63,024 nucleotides of DNA, filler included, from Alcyonidium flabelliforme (GCA_026167845.1; 37 parts of 37 records of this genome joined end to end with filler, not necessarily neighbours in it), one strand, 5' to 3'; shown: positions 35,403 to 48,426, counted from the first letter of the whole stretch. A program made the numbers and translations. Notes: a model not told the origin generated them from the letters alone.

Positions 35403-36298
35403 CGTAAATAAGTCTCCGTAATATCAGGTCTAAAATGCCCCATTTCTTGAGAAACAATTTCAAGCGCTTTATCTCGGTTTATGCCTGAATTTTGAAGCTC
35501 GTACATGCGTTCTTGGGCATAGCTATGTCGAACTCCGTGAGCACCTTCGCTCCACCCTAATTTTTTTTCAGATGCACGGCTAAATGATGCAGCCCAAGCG
35601 CGTCCAGCGCTGATTTTGTAATGCTGTACGTAATTTATAGTTCGGTCTGTTACGTGTTTTGGCTCGGGCAATCTCTGCGCTTCTAACTGGTTTGCAAGGT
35701 GTGTCGGTATGCGTATCTCTCGAATTAATCCGCCTTTGCCTTGCACTGTATATCGTTCACCCTCTCGACCTTGAAATTTTTCAGCTAATGCAGGGCGATC
35801 GCTTACCCCTCTTTCCTCGATGCGACGAAGCGTGAAAAGTTCGTGACCACGTAAACCCGCTGCGTGTGCAAGTTGCGTAGAAAGTGCATTTTGCGGACGT
35901 TGTGACTCCGTGATTATGTTTAACTGCTCTGGCGTGTAGGAGCGGGATTTTAAAATTTGTTGGTGTTCAGATTTGATAACGCCCAGGCGTTCATCCTGGT
36001 TTAGCTTTTTGCTGGTGAAGTGCATCATGGCCTGGATTGCCTGACGCTCCATATCGAGAGTTTTTTGCCCCACTTCCTCGCTGCGAATTTCAAGATATTG
36101 TGTCGCTTGTTCAGGTGTGATTTCACGTAGTCCGATAGATAATTCACGGTTTGCATATTGTGCGACTCTGGACAGCGCTTCTTCGTAGTTCCTGACTGTA
36201 CCAACAGATTGTATGTGTTTACCTTGAATGGTTTTCATCACATTGGCAGCTTGTTTTTGAGCTACCTCTAGGGGATCTTTTTTGGCAAATTTACCCAT
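35399..36298 (-). CDS. Tyrosine recombinase (plasmid or satellite type)
   Basis: GLRGHE, GKGGLIR, HGVRHSYA, MGHFRPDITETY give the full R-K-H-R-H-Y set. Confidence 0.93.
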   Translation of the reverse strand: MGKFAKKDPLEVAQKQAANVMKTIQGKHIQSVGTVRNYEEALSRVAQYANRELSIGLREITPEQATQYLEIRSEEVGQKTLDMERQAIQAMMHFTSKKLNQDERLGVIKSEHQQILKSRSYTPEQLNIITESQRPQNALSTQLAHAAGLRGHELFTLRRIEERGVSDRPALAEKFQGREGERYTVQGKGGLIREIRIPTHLANQLEAQRLPEPKHVTDRTINYVQHYKISAGRAWAASFSRASEKKLGWSEGAHGVRHSYAQERMYELQNSGINRDKALEIVSQEMGHFRPDITETYLR

Positions 36299-36539
36299 TT
36301 TTATGATTCCGCTCTATCCAACGGGAAAGCGTAGAGGGGGAGACTTCGACATTCAGGCCGAGTAACCAGCGACGGATTTCCGCGCCACTCGAACCACCAT
36401 TAAGCAGTTGGATTATTTCACCGTGGTATGGGTCTAATTTTGATTTACGTTGAGTGTAGCAGCGCTTCCTTATCGCCTTGGTTTGCGCTTTAAGCTTGGA
36501 AATTTCAGCGTTCGAATCGAAATCAGACGGTACTTTCAT
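36291..36539 (-). CDS. Small HTH protein coupled to the recombinase
   Basis: SKLDPYHGEI..L...G.S..EI.RWL....V.VS.STLSRWI; 8-nt overlap. Confidence 0.75.
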   Translation of the reverse strand: MKVPSDFDSNAEISKLKAQTKAIRKRCYTQRKSKLDPYHGEIIQLLNGGSSGAEIRRWLLGLNVEVSPSTLSRWIERNHKNG

Positions 36540-36704
36540 TGGTTTCGTGTTTTTCTTTGTAGGCCTTCCAACTGCCTGTTAAACAACCAGTAGCGACCAC
36601 TTAANNNNNNNNNNNNNNNNNNNNNNNNNNNNNNNNNNNNNNNNNNNNTTAATTAATTAANNNNNNNNNNNNNNNNNNNNNNNNNNNNNNNNNNNNNNNN
36701 NNNN

Positions 36705-36918
36705 CGTTGATGGCTACGGACTGTGCCGCGATCGCGGCCGCATGTGCTGCGAGCTCGGCGGTTTGCGTGGGATGGTCCGGAGAGACTACCGGCACGGGAG
36801 CCGGTGCCGACGTGTCGACGTTGGGACGCATCCGGATCGTATTGCTTGGCACGTGCAAATAACTAATCAGATTACCAACCACCACGCCGGCCGTGGTTGG
36901 ATATTGGATAACGGCCAT
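36705..36918 (-). CDS. Hypothetical phage protein, 3' partial
   Basis: GGAG RBS, ATG, open to the contig edge. Confidence 0.55.
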
Positions 36919-36945
36919 ATTGATTGAGCTCCGAAAAAGAGTTGA

Positions 36946-38285
36946 CTAAACGACCGAGGTGGTAATGTTCGCACCAACGTGATTGGCTCCGAGCCCGTGC
37001 TCTAACAGCGTCACATCGAGAAAACCGGTGGCGGTGCATGAGAACACGGGGAACAACGTCTCGCCAGTGTCACCGGTCCACGTCTTAAACACGACGCCGG
37101 CACGCTCAAGAGTCACGACGGTGCCGGCGCGCTTGAACGTGATCACATCACCAACCGCGATGGGCGGTTCGCTGATAGTGGACAAGGTGACCGAATCGAC
37201 AACACCGGTGGTCCGTGTGATAACCGTCGTTGTGGTGAGTTGCGTGTTGTAGTCCTGGAAATTGTAATTGGTCGCGCCGGCCGGTATGGCTTTGGAGTCC
37301 ATGCCAATCACGCCACCCGATTGGAGATCGTTGACACGCCAAGAGACCTCAAAGTCTCCCGCGTATGGCGTATCACTTACCCACGTTAGCGCACTAGACC
37401 AATTGGCACCGGCACCGCTGGAGCCCAACCGTACGCCCGGTTGTGCCATGTCTGGTAAATCAGAACCAACAAAACCGTGAGTCACAAATTGACCGGTGAT
37501 CCCTGGCACGAACTCGGCGACCAAGCCCGCGTTGGCCGAGCCGCCCGTGTTGTCGTTGCTCTCGTTGTTGACGAACGATCCCGGATGTGCCAACTCACAA
37601 TCCGCAAGGAACTCGGTTGACACGTTGGTGCCATTAAACGTAAGCGTCTCAAAACAAAAGTCTTGATCGTGTTGGAGCGCGTTGTTGCGGAACTCAAACG
37701 GCCCATGGTTATCGTGCTGATCAAAACCAAGGATGTGATCCCAACCATCGATAAGGCAATTGCGTATCAATGCGTGCGTCATCGTCTTCCACTGATTCAC
37801 ACGCATAAACATCGACTCATGCCCTTGCTGCCGATTGGTTGGATCACGGATGAATGTACAATTATCCAGGGAGTATCCGCCTAGATTCTCAAGCACCGCT
37901 CCGCCCGATGTTTTGACTCCCAAGCCGCTGAGCTCTCGACCGATAGCGGCTTCGCTGGGACCGTACCAAGTGCAATTCGTAAATTTGCAGTTGAGGAAAG
38001 TTACCGGCCCATCTTTGAGCGGTGACGGGCTAACGGCCGTAAAGACTTTGTCACCGATGCAATTGATGACAAGCAACTCCGAGCACAATCCGGCCACGTT
38101 GATCGCATCGTCGTAGATTTGTTGGAACATGCACCCGATTACAACGCTCTGTTTGCAATCCAACACCAACGCATCGCCGACCTCCCGAAACAGCATGTTG
38201 GAAATGTAAAGTCCAGTACCCCCCGCCGTGGAAAACGATGTGGCATCCTCAACCGGATCGAGACCGAGGGTAAGCGTTGCCGCCG
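36946..38285 (-). CDS. Putative phage tailspike or fibre: beta-helix-like region plus C-terminal beta-sandwich, 5' partial
   Basis: Repeated (F/L/I).NC.(F/L) units followed by a Thr/Val-rich ConA/SPRY-like segment. Confidence 0.55.
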
Positions 38286-39368
38286 NNNNNNNNNNNNNNN
38301 NNNNNNNNNNNNNNNNNNNNNNNNNNNNNTTAATTAATTAANNNNNNNNNNNNNNNNNNNNNNNNNNNNNNNNNNNNNNNNNNNNGCAGTTTGAGACGTT
38401 TCTTTTTTGTCAGACGTAAGCGGGTGACGTAGTAGGTTAAGTTTGCAAGGTGCCAATGGCTTGGAAGTATTGTGAGATACAAGAGAGTAAAATAACAAAG
38501 TAATTTATTGTAGAAAATAATATAGGTATAAAGTATGCAATCTCAGGTGGTGACCTCTATGGGTGAGAACTCTCCAATGTTTGGAGGTAGATATCAAGTA
38601 ACTTAAACCTAAAATACGAATTACAAAATACAGGTCTTATCTGATATCAATCCCACAATCCTTTGAGCTCAGTCCCACAATCCTTCTTTCACACCAAATG
38701 TCCCACGATCCTCTATTCACAATGTCGTTCTCTCTCTGTGATAGCCGGTGCTATACACAGTCGCGATATATCACAGACTCTTAGTTTGATTCTTTCAAAC
38801 CTCTGTGGTATATGTTATTGACAGTAACGCGCTAAGTCCCAGACTTGTAGTTGACTGCCCTCTATTGGTAAGTACACGTATCTTCTTTCCTTCGAAGTAG
38901 TGTCTTGTCCTTCTGATACGACTTGTAGAATGTTCCAGAATCCTTTCTGCTGAGACAATGTGTTATGGAGATGTTATACACTTGAGCCCACTCTTCTGAC
39001 TGACTTCTACCTCATGGAAGCACTAATATATACATAATATCATGTCTTTAAGTCTCACCCATTGGTGCATTGTGTCACATGGCATAATAAATATTCATAT
39101 GACTCATTATAATATCAATAGGTGATGTCATATGCCTTGAAATTCTAGACTTTTCCAATCTCATGTTTGTTTACAGTTTCATCTCATTTCTATTTTTAGT
39201 AACAGTGTGGCTATTTATAACTCAAATTTCATATGGGTATTACAAGCCAACTAATGAACTTTAATCATCAAAGATCTTCACAATTACTTAATCATTTTCT
39301 GTAATTCTTGTTTCAAGTTGTTCTTGAATACACCCTAGGCTTGGGTATCAAATATCAAAACATAACAT

Positions 39369-39965
39369 TCAATATTTAGCCTGACAATTTGTTAGCAATC
39401 TAACCAGCAAATGATCGCTGACATCATAATTCTCTTTGTATAAAATATATTTCAGACTATCAACTATTCCATTACTTGGACCATAATCCAACTTAATCCT
39501 AATGGCATTAAAACCTATAGCAATGGGAGAGTAGCCCCGTGTAACAATGTTATTTAACAAGCTATTCTTTATTAAGACACCCGTAGTAATATAATGTGAC
39601 AACATGTTGACCTGCAATCTTTGTAGTGGAGAATCAACCCTAAAAATTCTATTATAAAATAACAACACATTCCTTTCAACAACATGGTCTACCCTCGGTA
39701 TATCTAAAGCCCTCAATAAATTGGTGTGATGACTTCTTTTATGAAGTCCAAAAACATGTTTCAAAATTGATGTCTGAGCCGAAACTAATCTGTTGATGTC
39801 GCCAGTATTCAGTGCAACACACTCAGTACCGTATAAGAGAGTTGGTGCACCAACAGATTTTCATAAATAGGCTTTAACCTCACTATTCAGACCTGGGTAG
39901 GACATGCCACACGATGAATAGCTATATACATCTTTCCTACAAGCATCAATACGTCTCTCCACATG
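39369..39965 (-). pseudogene. Degenerate LINE ORF2 3' end
   Basis: PTLLYGTEC, GLHKRSHHTNLLRAL; in-frame stop. Confidence 0.75.
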
Positions 39966-40226
39966 NNNNNNNNNNNNNNNNNNNNNNNNNNNNNNNNNNN
40001 NNNNNNNNNTTAATTAATTAANNNNNNNNNNNNNNNNNNNNNNNNNNNNNNNNNNNNNNNNNNNNTTGGCTACAGTTCTTCTTCTTCCATTATAGTGCAT
40101 ACCTCTTAGTAGAGTAATTCGCACTTGAGTGTGTATGTGCACATGTGCAAAAAAATGTCGGTGCACAAAAAAACAAATTCAAATTCCAAAACCATATGTG
40201 CAATATATACAATTATCCATCGATCT

Positions 40227-40722
40227 TCAGACTAGTTGGATGTGTTGAAGGCTCGACTTGAAACCTTCCAGCGAATCTGCTGAGGTAGTAGCACTGGGGA
40301 TGGTGTTCCATATGCGGACTGAGCTTGGAAAGAAGGAGTATTTGTAAATGTCTAAACGGCAGTAAGGGATAATGAAGCAACCCTGGTATCGACCACGTGT
40401 AGATTGTGTTGGTTGTATATGCTGATGTGCAAGAATATCAATAAGATAGTTTTGGATCTTATACATCATAGTAGCCTTTGCTTTAGCACGTCTTTCTTGT
40501 AGAGACTCCCATCCAAGTTGATGGATCATAGATGATGGACTGGCTTCTCTGCTGTAATCATTGCAAACAAAGCGTGCACCTCGCCTCTGACACATTTCTA
40601 ATCTGTTGATGTTGTCCTTTGTGTGAGGGTCCCATACTACTGAAGCGTATTCCACAATAGGTCTGACTAGAGTTGTATAGCATCTATCTTTAACTGTACG
40701 TGGGCAACTGATGATGTTTCTA
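40227..40722 (-). mobile_element. 5'-truncated LINE ORF2 end (CR1/Jockey-like)
   Basis: YTTLVRPIVEYASVVWDPH, QRRGARFV, LGWESLQERR, YKYSFFPSSVRIWN. Confidence 0.88.
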
Positions 40723-43413
40723 TCCTGGGGCTAAACGTCCGGACATCGAAAAATCTCGCGAGAACATCGTTCTGCCGGACGTTTTACTTACTTACTTGTC
40801 CGGTCAAATAAAACTTCACTTACGTCCCAGGACTTTAATGGTTAACTGAAAATGTTCAATCCATATACAATAGATTGCCCTTTTTTGAGCCTTGGCGGCA
40901 ACCGCATTTTGACAAGTAAAAACTGAGATACAAAGTATCGTTAAGTCTTTCCGAGGCTGCTTAGAGGGAAATGTGAAAGATATAATCATGTGGTAATATG
41001 TTTATACTAAATGTTAGTTTTAAGACAACTAAAGATGCTTAAAATAATTTACAATAAAATGAATTTATTATTTTACTCACCAAAAGTACAAAAAGCTTTG
41101 AAAACTGCGAAATTGCTTATAAAATCTATAGAGTCTGACATCTTTATTATCAACATTCTTGGAAATGACTCAAAGTTCAAGGCTGTTCTAAATATAATTA
41201 ACCAATCAAATTGCTGGAAATGTACAAGACAGTTTGAATAATGGAGGGAAATTAAGCTGTGAGTTCCAAAACTGGATGAATTTTCAAGAAAATGTAAGTA
41301 ATTTAATCAAAACTTTATTAAGTAAATATGTTTTTGTGTTCTACAGGAATCAGAGAAAATGCAAAACTACTCTTACAAAAATATAGGTTCCTACAAATTT
41401 AGTTAGAACTACTACATGTCTATTAATAAAAAGGCATTGATTTCTTCAAATGTGAGATATGTTAACTATGCTTTAATATGTTTTTACTTAGATTTAACTT
41501 GAATGCTGTAAAACAAAATTATAATTAAAGCATTATAATAAGCAAGTCATTTAATATTTGGTATTTTATATCTATAATGTTCTATTATTATCTATTTTAG
41601 TTATATTAATCTCAGATACAAGTGAATTATTATTTAATACCTANNNNNNNNNNNNNNNNNNNNNNNNNNNNNNNNNNNNNNNNNNNNTTAATTAATTAAN
41701 NNNNNNNNNNNNNNNNNNNNNNNNNNNNNNNNNNNNNNNNNNNGGATTTTTATTATGCAGTATTATAGGCGGCTGCGCTTGTGGTTTTTGATTAGAACCT
41801 GTGATGTACTTAATTAATGTTATGCCCGCAAAACAACGTCTTTAATGTTTCGAGTGCCATAAAAGAGGAGTGTCAGTTGGGATACTGTTTCCTTGTTGGT
41901 AGCACAGAACGATATTTCATTTTTTTGCAGTGGTAAATTAAGATTCAAAAGTTTACAATATCAGGCAATCACTTCTAAATATTCCCCTTGGTGTTGTTTC
42001 AAAGTAAAATAGTACAGATGGTCAATCGTGTTCCTCACTGTACTTTCTCGGCACAATACAACACTTTCTCAGTTGATTATTAACAAAACGCAGATTATGC
42101 AATATGTATGTGCATGCATGAAAAGCAGTTAATTGCGGCTATGTATATGCAATTTATAACACTTTACGAAATGTTATGGATTGCCAGATATTAAATTTCT
42201 CAGTGAAACATTAGTTCTGTCTATTCTGTTACCTACTGTACAAGATATACTTACTATCTTGTCTGCGTTTTTCTAAATAATCAGCGATAAGAGCATGTTA
42301 AACATGTTATAACATTTAAATTATCATACTTTTAAGATGATACATAATTTTGACACATAAATCAACTCGACTACTTATACATGCAGATGTCATATATTAA
42401 TTTGATGAATATTGCAATGGATGATGTATAACGTTAGGCGTGCAAAGAGCTTGGGCGTCGGACGACTTGAGTAGATGTTAAAGAAACATCTCAAATTATA
42501 TGAAGCCCCGTTGTTTGGACTCTTTTGACTTATGATATGTGAAGGGAAGATATTTGCCCACAATATATTGAAAAATAAAAAAATGCGTATTTCCAGTATT
42601 TTTTAAAAAGCGCAAAATGTACGTTTTTTGTAATAACGAAATAGCAGGTTGTATTGACTGTAAAAAAAATAGCGGAAAACAACATGTATTGAAGGATGTT
42701 TTTATAACATTTGAAAGGCATGACATGAATCTTTATTTTACCGTGTAGACATTTAATTTTAGAATAACGGCTAATCATACAGAATTTTTGCGATATTGTG
42801 TTTGGCCGAGGTATAAATTCTACTACCGATTAAGTTTGGAATGGAGTTGGGAGTAAAAAATGATATCTAAATTAGGCTCAGGTGAAGGAGAAAAACATAT
42901 CAAAAAATAAGAAAATGTATACCTCTAGATTTTTTTTAAATGCGAAAAAAGTGATTTTCACGGAAAGAACACAATTTTGAACTCGCCGTTAAAAATACGT
43001 CAGGGCGTTACTCGAAAAAAAAATGACGCCACGAATTAGCCAAATATTTTGACCTTTAAACAAATTTGTTTTTTTTCAAATACTTAAAGCCACGTTAAAA
43101 CGATGATCATTTTTCAAACACACCCTTAAACGTAGATAACGCAATTCGTAAAAATGCAACATTATTACCAGCCTTTCTCGCGGAAACCCACTTATACGCA
43201 ATTATTATCAAGCATATCATATATATACTGTCATTATTGTTTACTGACATCAGATACTTAAATCATATTATTTATGTAAATTATGAATTACAGGTTTCAT
43301 TTTCACATTTTTANNNNNNNNNNNNNNNNNNNNNNNNNNNNNNNNNNNNNNNNNNNNTTAATTAATTAANNNNNNNNNNNNNNNNNNNNNNNNNNNNNNN
43401 NNNNNNNNNNNNN

Positions 43414-44979
43414 CGATTGCAGAAATTGATTTTATGATTTTGGGGTCATTCGGTGCAACTTGAGGTCATCAAGTGCAAAACCTTATTTTTTGAGCTACGA
43501 AGCTCAAAATTGATACATAGGCTCATATTGATCACCAATATTGATTTTTTGAATTTGGGGTCATTCGGTGCAAGTTGAGGTCACCAAGTGCAAAACCTTA
43601 TTTTAGAGCTACGAAGCTCAAAATTGATACCTAGGCTCAAATCGATCGCCGAAATTGATTTTTTGATTTTGGGGTCATTCAGTGCAAGTTAGGGTCATCA
43701 AGTGCAAAACCTTATTTTAAGAGCTACAGAGCTCAAAATTGATATCAAGGCTCAAATCAAAAGCCAGATGTGCCTGTCGAAATGTCCATACAGGTAAGAG
43801 GCCAAAGGTCACCAGGTGCAGAGTAAAAATTGCTAAGCAAAGCAATTTTATCTAGTTCTTATTATTATTCCAACCAAGAAATGGTGTAATAACTTTTAAG
43901 CTATAACAGTTATGAGGTTCATATTTGATATTCGCAAGTTTAATAAAAACAGTATTTCAAATTTTAATTTTTATGACAGTGGGTCCCTGGATAAAGGGCG
44001 TGGTCAAAACCACACCCTAATTTTTTAAAAAGTTTCACGGCCCAGAGTTTTTGAGCTAAGGGGTTCAAACTTTGCAAATATATTCACTATCAGGTGGCAA
44101 ACAAAAGTTAACCTTTTAAAGTGGATCCGGCTAAGGGTTCTCGAGTGGGGGCCCCTAGATGAAAAGGCCCCACCCTAGGGGAAACAGAAAATCTTTATCT
44201 TTGAAGCTAGGAAGTCCAAATTGATATCCCAAATAGATATGGTTACGTTAAATTGATTTTTAATAATTAAGTTTGATTAATTAGGTTAATGAGGTCATTA
44301 AGTGCACTTTTCTGATTATTTTGGCCAATTTTCAAATCGTTACAGCTCCCAAGGTGTAAGAGCTGAGGTGCTCATATTTAAAATGTGACTGTTGATGGTA
44401 CATAGAAATTGTTTAATGATAGACCTGGGGTCATTACTATGATAGGGGCCCCCCTATGAGCGACCACGCCCAAATATTAAAAGTGCTCATCCTCCTATTG
44501 TATAACGCCTAGAGAGCTGGTGTTAAGCATATGTACTGATATGTTGGAAGAGAACAGAAATGCATTGAGAAGGGCCGATCCAGTTGTAGGGGGGTCCTTT
44601 TTAGGGGGTCATTAAGTGCAAAAACCGAATTTAAGAGCTACGAAGCTCAAAATTGATATTTAGGCTTATATTGATCGCGTATATTGATTTTTTGATTTTG
44701 GGGTCAATCGGTGCAAGTTGAGGTCATCAAGTGCAAAGCCTTATTTTTAGAGCTACGAAGCTCAAAATTGATATATAGGCTTATATTGATCGTTAAAATT
44801 GATTTTTGGAATTTGGGGTCATTCGGTGCAAGTTGAGGTCACCAAGTGCAAAACCTTATTTTTAGAGCTACGAAGCTCAAAATTGATATATAGGCTGAAA
44901 TCGATCGCCCAAATTGATTTTTTGATTTCGGGGTCATTCGGTGCAAGTTGAGGTCACCAAGAGCAAAACCTTATTTCTA
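43414..44979 (+). repeat. Two arrays of a roughly 115-bp tandem repeat separated by about 850 bp of related or unique sequence
   Basis: GGGGTCATTCGGTGCAAGTTGAGGTCA recurs at 43442, 43557, 43671 and at 44700, 44815, 44930. Confidence 0.92.
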
Positions 44980-45148
44980 NNNNNNNNNNNNNNNNNNNNN
45001 NNNNNNNNNNNNNNNNNNNNNNNTTAATTAATTAANNNNNNNNNNNNNNNNNNNNNNNNNNNNNNNNNNNNNNNNNNNNATTAAGAATGTGTGACAATAA
45101 AAAAGAAAGCCCCGTTTTAAACTATACATAATTGAATAGGGAAAATGA

Positions 45149-45470
45149 CCCGGGGGGGTACTCAGGTTATTTTTTGGTGGGGGTGTGCAGCCGAGTTGAA
45201 AATTTTGGATTTGGATTGTATACTTTTCACTGTATTTTTTTGGATTGCTACCGTAACGATATTCAAAAATTTGGATTGCTACCCACTGTTTACAGCAAAT
45301 AATTTGGATTAATTTTAAAATTTTGGATTACTACCCTTATATTTCACAAAATTTGGATTACTACCCTAAAATTTCAAAAATTTGGATTGGGTTTGCTACC
45401 ACAAGCTAAAATTTTGGATTGGGTTCCGCGGCACATCCCCGTAGTCAAAAAACCTTGAGTACCCCCCCGG
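45149..45470. mobile_element. MITE with CCGGGGGGGTACTC TIRs and internal TTTGGATT.CTACCC repeats
   Basis: CCGGGGGGGTACTCAGG / CCTTGAGTACCCCCCCGG. Confidence 0.8.
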
Positions 45471-47341
45471 ATATTTAGCTAAATATTGGCAAATAGGGTG
45501 TTGTTTTCAGCCCGAGTTACAGACGTGTAAAAAGGGCCGGTGTTTTTCACCATCAGATGTGTAAAAAGTGTATATTTTTCAGCCATCAGATGAAAATCAG
45601 CCCGGCATAAACTTAGAGACTGGGCAGAAATTACCCCAGGGGGGAGCAAGGAAAAACCAAAAATTGTCCCACGTAACATCATTTACCCTTCAGCTTCTGG
45701 GGCCCTCGCAGGGCCAGGCTTGGAAAAATTAATAGCTGTGCGTACACAACCCATTATAACATATACAATCAACTTTATTGCACATCTCCCATCATCTGTG
45801 CAGGATATGCTAGCTTCATACATTCTACATGATGTTACTTAATTATGAAACCGGTCCGAATTTATTTTTGGCAGTCAGGGCCAGGTAATAATGAGAGGTA
45901 ACATTTTTTATTTTTGGATGCATATAGGGGATGCATTTTTATTTTGGCCTTCGTCATGAACTGAATTCTCCCGAACATTTATTAATCTAAAGAGTATACG
46001 TAGAAAAAATTAGACTTCAAATATTATTATTAACTATCAATTGGAATGTTTGTATCCTATTGCAATAAATGAATATGAACATTTTAATCTAGGTACATGT
46101 ATATAAGGTGTTTTCTTTAATTTCTAACAATTTTAGTTAACATTTTCTCTTTCAAACCAGATCTATAAATTGCGTTCTAAATTTCATAATTTTCCCACGG
46201 GGGAGTACCCCCGGACCTCTCTTCAATACATACCACCAGGCATTTAATAAATAATAGGTTTTTTAAATAACATACTACCATGCCATTCTTTATCAGACAA
46301 CAGAAAAGAACACTGCAATGTGATGACTATATATATATATAAGTACTTTATATAATATTTATGTACATCCCCTGGATACAGTTAGGCAGTATGAATAATG
46401 TTAAGATGATAAAAAAATGACAGTCATTCCACAAAGCCCCAAGAATACTTGTTGCAGTAATTTAAATTAAACAGAATTTGGGTTACATATTCCATCTAAT
46501 TAACGAGTGTGCTTAAGTCTGAAAAAACAATTGTGTAGGCATTTTTTTGGAAGTTTTAAATTTAGGTTATAGAGTAGTTTTGCACTGGGTAGTGATCAGG
46601 TCCTTTAATTCTTGGTGGAGTGATCCGGGCTAGTGCTTTTGNNNNNNNNNNNNNNNNNNNNNNNNNNNNNNNNNNNNNNNNNNNNTTAATTAATTAANNN
46701 NNNNNNNNNNNNNNNNNNNNNNNNNNNNNNNNNNNNNNNNNAATTTCACCAAATTTTACATCAAGGATTAAACTATGATACTGGAAAGTCTTAAGATAAA
46801 CACCCTGTCACCACGCTAGATATGAGACTCCAAAATGTAATAAAAACTGTTAAACTTGAAATATGCAATGACTGCTGTAATGCATCGTATAAGAAATGCA
46901 GATTTGATTTTTTTTACAATCTGATTTTTGTCTTTTAAACAAGTGAAAGGGTTCCTTTCCAAGATACACTAGTCAAAAAAAGTATGGAATATTTTTTTCA
47001 TCGGGGTCGCGTTTTTACATTTCACGAAGGATAGTAAAAGCATTTGATGGCTGTGAAAATATTGTCTATTATGAACAAAATAAAAGCAATTTGATGAATT
47101 TCTGAAAAAAAATCTTGAAAATATGACGTTTCAAAAATGAGAGATGAAGAAAAAAAAATGACATTCAAGTTGTTTTCATAAAAGTTTGGAATTTTTCATT
47201 ATAATTTTCATTTTTGCAAACAAAAAGCTTTAATATGTCATTATTTGGAAAGAAAATTATTAAAGTAAAACGATGATCGTATTTTGGAGTAATTTCATTG
47301 AAAATTAATTGAATTCGATGACATTTTAATAAGAGCAGTCT

Positions 47342-47686
47342 GTGGTTTGTAAATTAGCATCTTTAATTTGTCATGCAAAATCACGCCTACCTTTACTTAG
47401 TAAGAACAATGTTGTTTATCAAATCAATTGTGACAATTGTGACGCTTATTACATCGGTTTGACTCAAAAGAGATTAGCAGATAGATTTCAAGAACACCAC
47501 ACCTCTGACAAAAGCAATGTATTTAGGCACTGTCATGAAAAGAATCACACTGCTTCTCAAATTAAGGTTTTAACAACTGAACACAGCAGGGAGAAATTGT
47601 ATATCAAAGAAAGTCTTTTTATTCAAAGTACTAAACCATTGTCTTTGAACAAAGACGTCACCTCTGTGCAACTGAATCTGTGGTAA
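47342..47686 (+). mobile_element. Third Penelope-like GIY-YIG 3' end
   Basis: VVYQINCDNCDAYYIGLTQKRLADRFQEH ... IKESLFI...P.SLN. Confidence 0.9.
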
Positions 47687-47781
47687 CCATGGTGCTCTCT
47701 CTAGCTATGTTATAAATTGTACTTGAATTCACTCTACCACTGACTGTTCTACAAGCAAGTCATGTTTTTAACTGTTCTGTA

Positions 47782-47820
47782 ATTGATAATGCTTTAAAGA
47801 AATAAAGCGAAACGTCTTGA
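47782..47820 (+). ncRNA. Minimal variant hammerhead ribozyme motif
   Basis: TTGATAAT, stem GCTTTA/TAAAGC, GAAA, CGTC. Confidence 0.55.
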
Positions 47821-47896
47821 TTTTAAATATGAAGTTGTTCATATGCGCTCTGATAATCAGATTTTTAATTCTGCTCTGGCCAAAGACAGATTTAAT

Positions 47897-48146
47897 TAGA
47901 AATGTTGTGTATGAGTCCTTTGATGAACATAACTAACTTGCATCTGAGTCAAATAATTCTAAAAAATCTGTAAGGGGTGATTTGAGAGCTTTTTATCCTA
48001 AAAAAGTCTAACCTAGTCTTAAGAGAGGGTTAGATTTGGATACAAAAAGCTCCCAAAAGCCCCTTTACAGATTGTTTTGAATTTTTTTACTAAGATGCAA
48101 GTTATAGTTATGTTCATTAAAGGACTCTTACACAAAATTTCTAGTT
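47897..48146. mobile_element. Palindromic MITE, complete copy
   Basis: GAGTCCTTTGATGAACATAACT / AGTTATGTTCATTAAAGGACTC arms and inner inverted repeats. Confidence 0.85.
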
Positions 48147-48426
48147 GATTTCAATTTTGACGCCAGATTGGGACCAACGAGGAGACAGTATCTTTAAACG
48201 TCGGGCTCTGAAGACCACCAACAATCATAAAATTGCTCAGTACTTAATTGCTTGGAGAATGCATAATCGTCACAATTGCTAAATCTTGAACATTGGGTTT
48301 TATNNNNNNNNNNNNNNNNNNNNNNNNNNNNNNNNNNNNNNNNNNNNTTAATTAATTAANNNNNNNNNNNNNNNNNNNNNNNNNNNNNNNNNNNNNNNNN
48401 NNNACTTTATATCATGAGTTTGCAAG

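Noticed and set aside
38472..39243. Solo LTR (TGT...ACA ends with a minus-strand AATAAA)
   Set aside because: No TSD, PBS or PPT found; too weak to call
43414..44979. CRISPR-like periodicity
   Set aside because: The whole 115-bp unit is conserved, with no unique spacers and no cas genes
45200..45425. Short repeats TTTGGATT.CTACCC as a mini-CRISPR or iterons
   Set aside because: Irregular spacing, inside MITE TIRs, eukaryotic context
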